Assembly (NCBI RefSeq): GCF_006345805.1
Contig: NC_042999.1
Span: forward strand, 109,120,001 to 109,184,000
Direction: 5' to 3'
DNA length: 64,000 nt
Source of the DNA: Octopus sinensis
Taxonomy: Eukaryota
The position numbers and the translations under genes are program-made. The notes under the pieces were generated by a model. That model had not been told where the DNA came from and ran no database searches. It saw only the letters and a program-made list of their open reading frames with translations. This document shows, one piece after another, positions 52,583-64,000 of the stretch (its first letter is position 1; each line of letters opens with the position of its first letter).

Positions 52583-53285
52583 CAGGGGTTGGTGAATTGG
52601 GGTAAATTACCCCAAGTAGAGTAAAAATGAAATTCTTGGGGGTAATGCGGACTCATTAGACGTAAGTAAGATTACATAAAAATGTGTTCATTGTTACGAC
52701 AGAAATTTTTCTTCTAGCAACACTGCATCTGTCCAATGTAATGGTCATGTAAATAGGCGCAGGAGTGGCTCTGTGGTAAGTAGCTTGCTTACCAACCACA
52801 TGGTTCCGGGTTCAGTCCCACTGTGTGGAACCTTGGGCAAGTGTCTTCTGCTATATCTTCAGGCCAACCAAAGCCTTGTGAGTGGATCTGGTAGATGGAA
52901 ACTGAAAGAAGCCCGTTGTATATATGTATATATGTGTGTTTATGTGTGTGTCTATGTTTGTCCCACCCAACATTGCTTGACAACCAATGCTGGTGCGTTT
53001 ATGTTCCTGTAATGTAGCGGTTCAGCAAAAGACACTGATAGAATAAGTACTAGGCTTACAAAGAATAAGTCCTGGGGTAGATTTGCTCGACTAAAGGTGG
53101 TGCGCCAGCATGGCCATGGTCAAATGACTGAAAAAGTAAAAGAATAAAAGAATAAAAGAAAAAGATTCAATAAAACTTTTGAATTAAAAAAATCTATGAT
53201 TTTCTTCCTTTCAAATCAAGGGGGTAATGTCAGCCTAAATAAATATATTTTGGCTAATTGGTTAAAAATGGTTCCCTGAGCCCTG
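52583..53285. mobile_element. hAT MITE family B carrying a nested SINE
   Basis: Same internal sequence as 51233-51548; degenerate TSD aactagag/aactataa; SINE inserted after tgtaaata. Confidence 0.85.
52756..53160 (+). mobile_element. tRNA-derived SINE family 1, full-length reference copy
   Basis: Pol III A-box-like tggctctgtggt, B-box-like gggttcagtccc, internal TA/TG microsatellite and (aataaaag)n tail. Confidence 0.92.
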
Positions 53286-54092
53286 AACTATAAATTAAAG
53301 TAGAAAACATCTATGGTACTGTGCAGTAGAATTAAACCTCCCATGTCCACATGGTTTAGGGGGGGGGGGGCAAACTTCTTAACCACACAACCTTATTCAT
53401 GTCTGTTATACAGCTAAAATATACTTAACAGTTGTTTTATACAACAATAAATACTTCCTCAATAGGTTTATGCCCTCAAGTTTATCTAATCAATCCTAAT
53501 AGATTGCTGAACTTGAGGAATAAAATATTGATTTCTAACCTAGGTACGAAACCATATATTTCTAGGAGAGCATTATAGTTGATTGAATCAACTACTGTGT
53601 GTTACTGGTTTTATCATAAGGTTAAAAGGGAGCCTCAGACTATTTCTTACCATCTTAAGTAAGGAAAGACATAATAAATAATGTAGTCTTATATACTCCT
53701 AAATATTGTTTGTTAGGGTCAAAACTGGGATGCTTTTTGTTATATAGGGGTTGACTGTGGCCAGATAATGATAATGATAACAAAAATTGATATTATCAAT
53801 TCTAAATGAATTAAATACAAAGGAATCCCAGTTATTTGAACTCAGAATTTAAAAGTATGTAACTATATACATGAACATACCTGTGTGGCTAAGTTTTCAT
53901 TGCAATATGATGTCAGTTTGAATCCACCTTGAGCAAGTGTCTTCTTTAATAGCCTTGGACCAACCAAACCCTTGTCATAAAATTTGGAAGCTAGTCAGAA
54001 AGGCTATTCCTGTTCTTGAATGATAGATATAGTCCATGCTGGTTTAATGTCATCACTATTTTTTATATGTTGTCTATATAATTCCACTTCAA

Positions 54093-54325
54093 GGCGGCGA
54101 GCTGGCAGACACATTAGCGTGCCGGGCGAAATGCTTAGCGGTATTTCGTCTGTCACAGCGTTCTGAGTTCAAATTCCACCGAAGTTGACTTTGCCTTTCA
54201 TCCTTTCGGGGTCAATAAATAAAGTACCAGTTTCGCACTGGGGTCGATATAATCAACTTAATCCCTTTGTCTGTCCTTGTTTGTCCCCTCTATGTTTAGC
54301 CCCTTGTGGGTAGTAAAGAAATATA
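54093..54325 (+). mobile_element. SINE family 2, full-length, CpG-rich (young) copy; core resembles Nin/Deu-domain SINEs
   Basis: ggcggcgagctggcaga head, gagttcaaattcc B-box-like motif and gcctttcatcctttcggggtcaataaat core. The domain assignment is from memory. Confidence 0.85.
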
Positions 54326-55114
54326 TATAATTCTACTTTTTTGCAATTCATATCTCATCTATATGGTTGTTTGATTTGCTTGAAATAACAGCCAAACTTT
54401 TCTCAAATCACACCCAACGTCCTACTACATTAAAAAGAGAAAAAAGCATTTGATAATATAGTCAAAGATACACTGCACTTGATAAAGAAATGAGAAGAGT
54501 TAATGGTCAGGCTGGAAAGCATTTGATCACAGGTCTCCTCAGTCCAGATTAACCTGGGGTTAAACAACAACAATAAGCACTCAAATGAATTTTCTTGTTG
54601 TTTTAGTTTTCACATCTTTCAGCATCTTTCATCCTTATTCTAGTAACTATATTTTCCCTCTGTAACTATATATATATTTATGAAACTCACATTTCCATTT
54701 TTATTGCTTACCAATCAATAACTATAAAGTATATTTTACTTTCTTTTTCATATTTTATTTCGTATTTCTATAGGTTTTGAGTGTAATCCTCTGCCATCAG
54801 CATAACTAATCAAATGTTAGACTTTATATAATTTAATCAATCTTTTGTTGATTATATAATTGCAATTATGTAGAAATACTTTAAAATAAACATGAGTATG
54901 CTAGAAAATAATTATCTGATATCTGGCATGAAGGAAAAAGCTGTTTGGCAAAAATAAACATTTTTCTTTCTATAATGATACATTCTTTAGCTATCTTTAA
55001 ATACATTTTTAATTAAAAGAAAAAATTATGTTACAAAATTTCAGACAAAGAATTTTGATTGTCATAAGCAATTAATTGACTAAATATATAAAAATTCAGT
55101 ATATGTGTATAGAT

Positions 55115-55584
55115 CAGGATTTCTCAACCTTTTTATTCTTGTGGAACCCTTGAAATGCATTCCATGTTTTATGAAACCTCTACATAAAAATTATTATATA
55201 TCTTTATTAATTGCTTTTTTTCTTTCATGATTCTAAATTGCATGAGATTAAACAAATCATAAAACTGCCTTTGAAAGTTTGCTAGTGTTAAATCCATCAG
55301 ATATCATAATGAATATTTAAGAAACTTCTTTATTAAGACCTTGTTTGGAATAAATTCTCTGATATTTCCCTATTAGGAAGTCATATTTTTTGTAGGGTGT
55401 CCTAACTAACTAGAGATTCTAGGATATCACTAACTTTGGGAATATGCCATGTACATGTTATAAAAGTAAAAATGTAGACTTAAACCAAAAACATCTTGAA
55501 AATGCACTTGAATATAATTAGCCTATTTATTTCTCTCTCTTGTGGAACACTAAGGTGTTGGGGAACCCAAGTTGAGAAACATTG
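55115..55584. mobile_element. Old hAT-type MITE
   Basis: Ends caggatttctcaac...gttgagaaacattg; TSD not preserved. Confidence 0.55.
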
Positions 55585-57875
55585 AAATACTTATAATCTA
55601 TATTATTATCAGATATTTCATATTTCCATAAATCTTTCACTTTATTGTAAATTAGAGCAAGCGTCTAGCTCAACTATATACATTTACTAATAAAGGCTCT
55701 TATATTAACCTTACAATTGTTTATGTCTTCATATAAATAATTAATGTAATTCATTCTAAAATGAATGATAAACATTTGACTTTGTAGTGTAGAGCAGAAA
55801 TTAATTTCATAGATTTTGTTGTTTTAAACAGAACAATTTATTATAGTTGATTTAGAAATGTATATTATTTACTAGAAACTAGATTTATTTCTTGCTACCA
55901 CTTCAATTTTATTTTCAATCCTCCTGTACCAAGCGTTCTTTGAGAGGTACGTGCTGAACATTTCATATACTTTAATCATTTCTTCATTTAATAACTGTCT
56001 TTCTAACTAATGGCAATAGGCCTATTGCAGAGGAAAATGTAATATATATTGAGAATGGATGAAATGAAATTTAATCTAAAAGTTGTAGAACTAAAATTGT
56101 TATATCTTCCAATGAAAATTTAATATTAGACAACAATTTATAAAATGCAATGAAAAGAAAAGAATATATTCTAAGTTTTTGTTTATTAGAGAAAAGGAAT
56201 ATATAAAAGACATGAAGAGAATGAAAAGAAAAGGGGAGGTGTTGGTGAACATAGAGAAAGCAGTGAGAAATGATAGAAAACAATATTGAATTGTGAAAAT
56301 GTGAAGGATGTTCAAATGAAATTTTATATGGGTTGATAAAATAATAATTCAGAGCCAAAAAATCAATTGCATACATTGAGGAGGTTGGAATGAAGGAATA
56401 AACAATATGTTGTACACTTAGAATATCAAAGTATTTTTAACAATGCAGTGGGGGTTTTTTTTTTTTTTGCAGTTTTGTATAGCTGCTTAGTATAGCTTGT
56501 ATAGCTGCTCTATTTTTTATATTTTGTAGTTAATTATTACTTTCAGTCCTGAAAAAAATGTTTAGTATAATTTCTCTTTTGATGCTTAATTAATTTTGTA
56601 GCTAGCTTGCTTTTTAGCATTTCTCTTATATTTTAGTTACATAGAATAATTTCTAACTAGATACTAACTGTTATCATCGAAAAAGTTAATATAATTTATA
56701 AAAAAAAACTGGTATTTATTTAATAGCATATAGCTGAAAGTTGATCAGTTTCTGACAGGTAGTCAGAAAATATTTGTGCTATAATAATAATTAAAATATA
56801 AAAAAGATACTTCCATAGTGACTAATTAGAATTTTATTTTCAACTGATAGTTTTATATTATTATAGAAGAGAATAATGTTAAATAGCCTCTTTCTGTTTT
56901 AAGTTCTGTAGATAGCACTAATAAACATTCATTATGTTATAAGTAATTAATGTGATTTGAATTATCACTTTAGTGATAGTTCATTACTTGGTGATTCTGT
57001 AAATGTGTTGCTAATTAATATTTTTTCCAGCATGAAAGATTAATTACTTGTGTTGTGTATTTATTACTAATTAGTAGATCTTTGATGATAAATATCCAAT
57101 TTATCCATTTTAAAAATTTACATAATTAAGCATTTCTTACATCTTCACAACTAAAAACGTTTATAATGTGAAGGTTAATCAATTTACCAATTAATAAGGT
57201 TTCTACATTGGATTACTATGTAAGCAGTAAGCAGTACTGTTATCCTTGGTTGCAAACTAAAATATATATTCATTTCATGTAACTAATGTACATTTTACTC
57301 CTGTGCTTTGACAACAGATATTGTAAGTCATGATGCTACTAGCTTTTGAATTATATTAAGTCTATATGATATAAATGTACATAACTATGCATATATAATG
57401 TGTGTGTGTGTTTAGATGCATGCATGAATGCATGTGTATATGTATATATGCACATCTATATATATTCAAATAGCTCTAATTGCCTATCTATCTATCTATC
57501 TATCCTCACACATGTACACATACATATTTACATGTATCATCATCAGCATTGTCATCATCATCATCATCATCATCATCATAATCATCACAATCATCATTTT
57601 AGTGCTGACTTTTACATGCTTGCAGATGGAGTTTATTGAGGATTATTTTCTAAGGCTGGATGCTCTGCCTGTTGCCAACTCTCACCAGTTTCTAAGGAAT
57701 TTAATATTTCACTATGGCCAGAAATGTAATTTTACTCAATATTGAAAATGAATGACACTGTTTGTGTGATAGTAGCATTCATTTACAGCTATCACACAAT
57801 GTCAAGTAAAGGAGACACAAACATATACATATTCCCACACACATACACATGCATACATATTAATGTATATGTATA

Positions 57876-58035
57876 TACAATGGGCTTTTTTCAGTTTCCA
57901 TCCACCAAATCCACTCACAAGGCTTTGGTTAGCTTGAAGTTACAATAGAAAGATGCTTGTACAAGATTCCATGCAGTGGGACTGAACTTGAAACCATGCA
58001 GTTGGAAAGCAATCTTCTCAATCATACAGTCATGC
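57876..58035 (-). mobile_element. SINE family 1 head
   Basis: Reverse complement of the head and body of the 52756 copy. Confidence 0.8.
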
Positions 58036-58199
58036 CTCTGTGTGTATGTGCATGTATATATACATTCACTGGTGAGGTCAGAATAAGACTAAAACATGCT
58101 TCCCGGAAATATGCCAATAATATTATATTAGTTATTGGTGACATACTTTTTTCCCTAAAGCATGATTGTTTCAAGTTATCCTGCATGTGATAATAGTAA

Positions 58200-58240
<41 letters not shown>

Positions 58241-58342
58241 TCGGGGTGAGTACTTGATAATTGTAAGCACCTGTATATACCGTTTGGTGGTGTAGGTGGT
58301 GGAGTAAATTAATCAAAATAAAAACATGATGCCAAGGATTCA

Positions 58343-58420
58343 GCGGTACATATGTTTCGGGCCTTTATTAGACGGATTTATAACAATGCATAATGTGTGT
58401 CTGTGGCCTTCTTCAGCCGC
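58343..58420 (-). ncRNA. Type I hammerhead ribozyme candidate (PLE-type, palindromic stem III)
   Basis: Minus strand: GCGG-CTGAAGA-AGGCC-(~40 nt)-GGCCC-GAAAC-ATAT-GTA|CCGC. Stem I is 4 G-C pairs; stem II GGCC/GGCC; stem III is the palindrome ACATATGT; GUA cut between 58347 and 58346. Position 10.1/11.1 is A.C rather than canonical R-Y. Confidence 0.7.
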
Positions 58421-58624
58421 GCACAACTACTTCTTCAAGGACATGTATTACATCAAAAATTCTTGGTTGGGGATGCAAATCCTCTCATTCACGTACGACG
58501 TAATGCGGCAACAGCATAAAAATGAAGCGTCCATTTCGTTCTTCTCTCAATGTATATATGTGAGAAGACCCGGCAAGACCAGTGAGAACAATCAAAATCA
58601 AATCATATATCAGAAAGCAGGGGT

Positions 58625-59170
58625 TAAGTGACCCATCCGTTCGTGTCCGCTGTCAGCCTCGTCTGGCACCCGTGCCGGTGACACGTAAAAGCACCGTCCG
58701 TTCGTGGCCGTTTGCCAGCTCTGTCTGGCCCCGTGTCGGTGGCACGTAAAAGCACCATCCGTTCGTGTCCATTGCCAGCCTTGGCTGGCCCCCGTGCCGG
58801 TGACACGTAAAAGCACCGTCCATTCGTGGCCGTTTGCCAGCTCTGTCTGGCCCCGTGTCAGTGGCACGTAAAAGCACCATCCGTTCGTGTCCGTTGCCAG
58901 CATCGCCTGGCCCCGTGCCGGTGACACGTAAAAGCACCATCCGTTCGTGGCCGTTCGCCAGCTCTGTCTGGCACCTGTGCAGGTGGCACGTAAAAAACAC
59001 CCACTACACTCGCGGAGTGGTTGGCGTTAGGAAGGGCATCCAGCCGTAGAAACACTGCCAGATCTGACTGGGCCTGACGAAGCCTTCCAGCTTCACAGAC
59101 CCCAGTTGACCCGTCCAACCCATGCTAGCATGGAAAGCGGACGCTAAATGATGAGGATGATGATGATGAC
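58625..59170 (+). mobile_element. RTE-associated tail element containing six ~60-bp tandem units
   Basis: Units tccgttcgtg.ccgt.gccagc...ccgtg.cggtg.cacgtaaaagcacc at ~58636, 58696, 58757, 58818, 58878 and 58938, then the standard tail ending in (gat)n. Confidence 0.9.
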
Positions 59171-59187
59171 ATACATACATTTATATA

Positions 59188-60457
59188 TAATAAATGAAAA
59201 AAATGTATTGTAAATAAACAACAATAGGGTAAAAATGTACAATGTATACTGAGTGTACAACCAAACAGGAGAGGTCCCTAATTCTTCATCAGTTATCAAC
59301 CAAATGATACTACTCAGTTTTGCACCTTCAGTGATAAGACTGAGAACTTCCCTAGCTGGTGGTGTTGCAAAAGTTGTGGAGAATATAGGACTGAAGGAGG
59401 GCTGGCCACAGGCCAAGGGTCATGTCTGCAGCAGGCAGATATATATAAGGATGAGAGCAAACAAAACAATACAGAGTGGACATACAAAAGTGAATAAATG
59501 TAGTTTAAGATGATGGACAAAGACAAAACAAACAAGAAATGAGCAAAAATATAGTCTGAGGGTCAAAAAGACAAGAATGGTGGGTAACACTTGGAAGGAA
59601 TCCTGAAGGATTAGAAAACAACAAATAGCAAGTCAGTGGGACACAGAATTCACAACTGGTCAACTATGCAACCAGTGTGAAAAAGGAAGAGAAAGAAGGA
59701 GGGATGGCCACTGGTTATGTGTCAGCAGCAGGCAGAGGAAAAAGAGGACAAGAAAGAGGGAGAGAGAGAGAGAGAGAGCGACAGAGAGAAAACAAGGGAA
59801 GAGATGAAGGGGGAAAAGGAGAAAGTCTAGAAATAGAAGTAAGAGGACGAAAGAGAGAAAAATGGAGAAAGAGAATAACCTTTCTGCTTTCCCCTTTCAT
59901 CCCTTCCTTTGTTCTCTCTCTGTCACACTCTCTCTCCCTTTCTCTTGTCCTCTTTTTCCTCTGCCTACTGCAGACACATGACCAGTGGCCAGACTTCCTT
60001 CTTTCTCTCTCTCTTTTTCACACTGGTTGCGTGGCTGACCAGTTGTAAATTTTGTGTCTCACTGACTTGCTAGTTGTTGTTTTCTGATCCTTCAGGATGC
60101 CTTCTAAGTGTTACCCACTATTCTTGTCCTTTTGGCTCTAAGACTATATTTTACTTGTTTTGTGTTTGTTTCATCTTTGTCCATCATCTTAAATTACATT
60201 TATTCTCTTTCATATGTCCACTCTGTATTGTTTTGTTTACTCTTGGCCCTATATTCCCTACAACTTTCATGGGCACTGCCAGCATGGGATGTTCTCAGTC
60301 TAATCATTGAAGGTGCAAAACTGAGTAGTAGCATTTGGTTGATAACTGATGAAGAATTAGAGACCTTCTGTGTCTGTGTCCTGTCCTGTTGTTCACTCAG
60401 TATATGTAGTGCGTTTTTTGCCCTGTCGTTCATTATAATACATTTTTTCATTTATTA
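59188..60457. repeat. ~1.27-kb diverged fold-back (arms ~580-640 bp, spacer ~54 bp)
   Basis: For example cttcatcagttatcaaccaaatgatactactcagttttgcaccttca pairs with tgaaggtgcaaaactgagtagtagcatttggttgataactgatgaag, and aggccactggt/cagcaggcagagg-type segments pair near the centre. The duplicated ORFs at 59314 and 60108 reflect this. Confidence 0.9.
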
Positions 60458-60482
60458 AGTAACGGAACGCAATGCACCCTGG

Positions 60483-60517
<35 letters not shown>

Positions 60518-60690
60518 CATAAGCTCTAAATAACCTTTTGGAATAATCTAAAACGAAAAAATTATTAAAAATTCTAATTTCAATATATTTCAATGAAAAT
60601 GTCATGCTTATTATCCATTTTAAATAGCTTCTTTGCTCAAACTTACAGCTCCTTTTCTCTGTCTGTCTCTGTCTGTCTTTCTCTCTTTCT

Positions 60691-60736
<46 letters not shown>

Positions 60737-61869
60737 TACAGCTCTCATTCATGGTGATCACTTCTCCTTTTTCCTGCCTCTAACTTTAAACCCTCATTCA
60801 CTTTTTTGTCAATTCCACCTACTGATCTAACTTATACTGACTTTCGTTGTCATTTCTATATTGCTATCACAACTATAATTATAAAGAAATGAAAGAAATA
60901 TTGTTCTTGTACATAACAAGGAGAACAGATCAAAGTACTTTTGCATTTCCCTTCTTTATAACCTGTGATTTTTCTTTATAAATTTTAAAAAATTTATATC
61001 TCTCTTTATATTGATATTTCTTTGAAATGTCTTATAAGTTATTTCATTAATTTTAAATTTACTTTTTATATTTCCCTATTTTTATAAGATTTGATATTTC
61101 TTTAAAATTTAGAAAAAACTACATTGTATTCCTATATACACAAAAGATCAGACACACATGCATGCATACACATGCACATACACACATGCATACACACACA
61201 CAGTGTATATATATTGCATATTGCATAAAATAGAAGGAAACTGCTCAGAAGATGGTATTTCTCCCACTCTTTTTTTAATGATCCATGTATTAAAATATGT
61301 AAACACCAACTTAGCTGTTTTCATGTACATGACATTTTTTAAATTATTTCAAAGCTGTAAGGCAATTACTTACTATGTATCTGCTTGGCCCTTTTCCCTT
61401 TCAATTTTGAGTTATCCAGTTTAAAACCTTAAGATTGGCATAGTTAATGAGATTGGAAAATTTTCTCAAAATTTATAATAGTTGATAAAATAGGATAAAA
61501 AGCATATTTCAAGAATTTAGAAATTATTGATTTCAACTCCTAAAAATATTATGTGTATAGCCACACATATGTATTGTGTACATACATATATACATAGATA
61601 CATACATGCATGCATACATACATACATGCATGCATACATGTATACATACATTTATACATCATGCATACATGCCTAATACATACATGCATACATACATATC
61701 TACATACATACATAGTTATTTAATCAATGTAAGTATCCATGTAAAGCTGGTAAGTCATGACAGACTGATAAAGGTATGTAATAACTCTTATGTAAAATAA
61801 ATAAAAGATTGACAAAAAAGAAACTAAAAAGAAGAGAAAGAAAGAGGAAGATATGCAGATAAAGAGCAG

Positions 61870-62450
61870 TTAAATTCTTGTATTAAACTCTTCATAGCCT
61901 CTGGGCATTATACAGTCTTATTTATAGTTGGTGAAACTAAATTGCACCTCCAGCCTTGGTAGCCGTTTTAAGACTAGTTTATAAATGCCATTTTCTCTCT
62001 CAGACTGATAATTTTAGCATTGGAAACAATAATCTTTAAGGTTTTCATGCCCTCTTTATGATAAAATGTAATTCAATTGCATATAGCCCCTTTTCAACAA
62101 AGTCTTTGTTAACCTTGCTGAATATTTGATACATTTTATTCATTGATAATTCTTCTTGAGTTAATGGAGGATTAAATTCTGATAGTTTATTTCTTGATTG
62201 ATTCTTCCAAAATATGTTTTCCACCCTTGACTAATTATGTTTTTGTTGAATGATTTGACTTGTCATAAATGTGGAATTTGGTCTATATCAATTATTTCTT
62301 TTTATACTCCTTCTTTTGCAAGTTCATCTGCTTCCTTGTCTGCCATAATATCTGTATGATAGGTTTCCAAATCCTTGTTACTTGCTCATGCAGTTTCTGT
62401 TAAATAATTAATTTTAGAATCTTCTCAATTTTTTCAATCTGACCTCTTTT
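61870..62450 (-). mobile_element. RNase H-bearing (I-group-like) LINE relic
   Basis: Minus strand VTRIW..YHTDIMADKEADELAKEG resembles the LINE RNase H motif WVPSH.GI.GNE.AD.LAK.G. Confidence 0.5.
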
Positions 62451-62454
62451 CCTT

Positions 62455-62615
62455 TACATACAAACATACATACATACATACATACATACATACATACATA
62501 CATACATACATACATACATGCATACATAAATACATGCATACATACATACGTACATACATACATACATACATACATACATACATACATACATACATACATA
62601 CATACATACATACAT
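62455..62615. repeat. (CATA)n microsatellite
   Basis: Direct tandem repeats. Confidence 0.95.
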
Positions 62616-63516
62616 GTATTTTCACAAAGTAATTGTAATACTATATTTTGTATTTATATTTTTTAAACAAGTTCTTTCCAAAACAAAAAAAATCCTAGCA
62701 GTAATTATTAACAATAATTTGTTAAAATATTTGGCATTGTTTGCTGACAAGCATGAGAAAGCCTTGAATGTGACATTTACTATTTATTGTTAGATGGTCT
62801 CTATGATGACTTAGGTTGAAGAGGAATAAATACTGGACATTGAATTGACTAAATAATGATACTTTTCTGTTGAGATATTTTAGACAAAATGAAAACATCC
62901 AAACATAGTTAATAAAGCTGATATAATTCTTACTGCAAGGAATAAATCTGAATGGAAATTACAGTTAGGGAAGTTTAAAAGAAAATGCTTTTAATGTTAT
63001 AAGAATCCTTCCGAAGAAGAGATTAAATGGGATAATTAATACAGCATAGATATATACAAATGTTAAATTTCTACATATCCTTTTAATGCATTTATGTTGC
63101 TCACAACATTGGATGGAGAAAGTAAATTTCTGATGTTGAATATGATATTGATTGCAACATTATTCCACAAAATATCTCCCATTATGTTTTGTATTTCAAA
63201 AAGTTCAAACACATCTTGCATATTAAATAACATAACTGGGATTTAAGTTTTGCTTATCAGTTCTGAATCATTTTGAATTAAATCAATTTTCTATTATATT
63301 TATAAGCATGCTTATTGTAAGCACTTACACATAGATACAGAGACACAAATACACATTTGCGCAAATATATACATACACATATATGTGTGTATAATATGTA
63401 CACACTTACACACACACATACATAATTTTTTTAATCAAATACGTCTGAAAGAAAAGCCAATCCCCATTTATATATAAACTTTTATACATTTGTACATGCA
63501 CATGCAAATATGTGTG

Positions 63517-63553
<37 letters not shown>

Positions 63554-63753
63554 ATGTGTGTGTGTATGTGTGTGTGAACATATGTGCATTTCACTTTATT
63601 CAGACTTGAAGACTGTTTACAACACATAAATTTGCAAGAAATTTCCTACCCTTTCCCCAGAAATAGGTTAGAAATTTCATGTAATATTTTTACATAATTT
63701 TGGATTATGGCTTTAAAATACAACATAGACATTCTGTTGTGTTCTTGTAACAG

Positions 63754-63835
63754 ATGCCTTATTCCACATTCTCCAATCTACCTGAGTGATGTATTAATAG
63801 CAGTTTCATCTTATACTAAGTTGATGTGTGAGGAA
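63754..63835 (+). CDS. Candidate internal coding exon (82 nt, phase 2 to 0)
   Basis: Acceptor cattctgttgtgttcttgtaacag and donor GAA|gtgcgt. Only one frame is open: CLIPHSPIYLSDVLIAVSSYTKLMCEE. Confidence 0.4.
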
Positions 63836-64000
63836 GTGCGTGCATGTAAAACATTTTCTCAGAGAATTGTCTAGATTTTATAATGCAAATATATATACAT
63901 ATGCGTGTGTTTGTGTGTGTGTATTATATACACATATATGTAGTATACACACACAGACACACATATATAAAATAGAAAATATGCTGATAGTTAAAAACAA

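Noticed and set aside
52756-52830. tRNA gene
   Set aside because: A/B-box-like motifs belong to a SINE head; no complete cloverleaf.
54774-54805. Strong plus-strand acceptor followed by GFECNPLPSA-stop
   Set aside because: Could be a terminal exon but conflicts with the downstream exon candidates; no way to discriminate without RNA data.
57338-57342. Possible 5-nt microexon (acaacag|ATATT|gtaagt)
   Set aside because: Not frame-preserving and unsupported; such motifs arise by chance.
58610-59118. GC-rich ORFs of 60-115 aa
   Set aside because: Products of the 60-bp tandem repeat in a retroelement tail.
60340-60400. CTGATGAAG motif in both arms of the large fold-back as a hammerhead
   Set aside because: No GAAAC after a plausible stem II and no stem I complement; at best a decayed relic.

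Overview
AT-rich, repeat-dense animal DNA, either intronic or intergenic. The SINE, RTE and microsatellite landscape suggests a coleoid cephalopod, probably Octopus; this is inferred from recalled repeat families, not from a search. No complete gene, rRNA, tRNA or CRISPR array is supported, and most ORFs in the track are microsatellite translations. Recognisable content: decayed LINEs (CR1/L2, RTE, an RLE/R4-like element, an RNase H-bearing relic), Penelope-like element (PLE) relics including a GIY-YIG fragment ending in (TTAGGG)n, mariner and maT transposase relics, hAT and Tc1-like MITEs, a Helentron-like non-autonomous element, many tRNA-derived SINEs, and a few candidate exons of unidentified host gene(s). 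The main result is three sequence-unrelated type I hammerhead ribozyme candidates on the minus strand (35813-35903, 38982-39047, 58343-58420). Two have the palindromic short stem III typical of PLE-associated ribozymes. They occur in a window with many fold-back structures. All folds were read by eye, and repeat boundaries are approximate.
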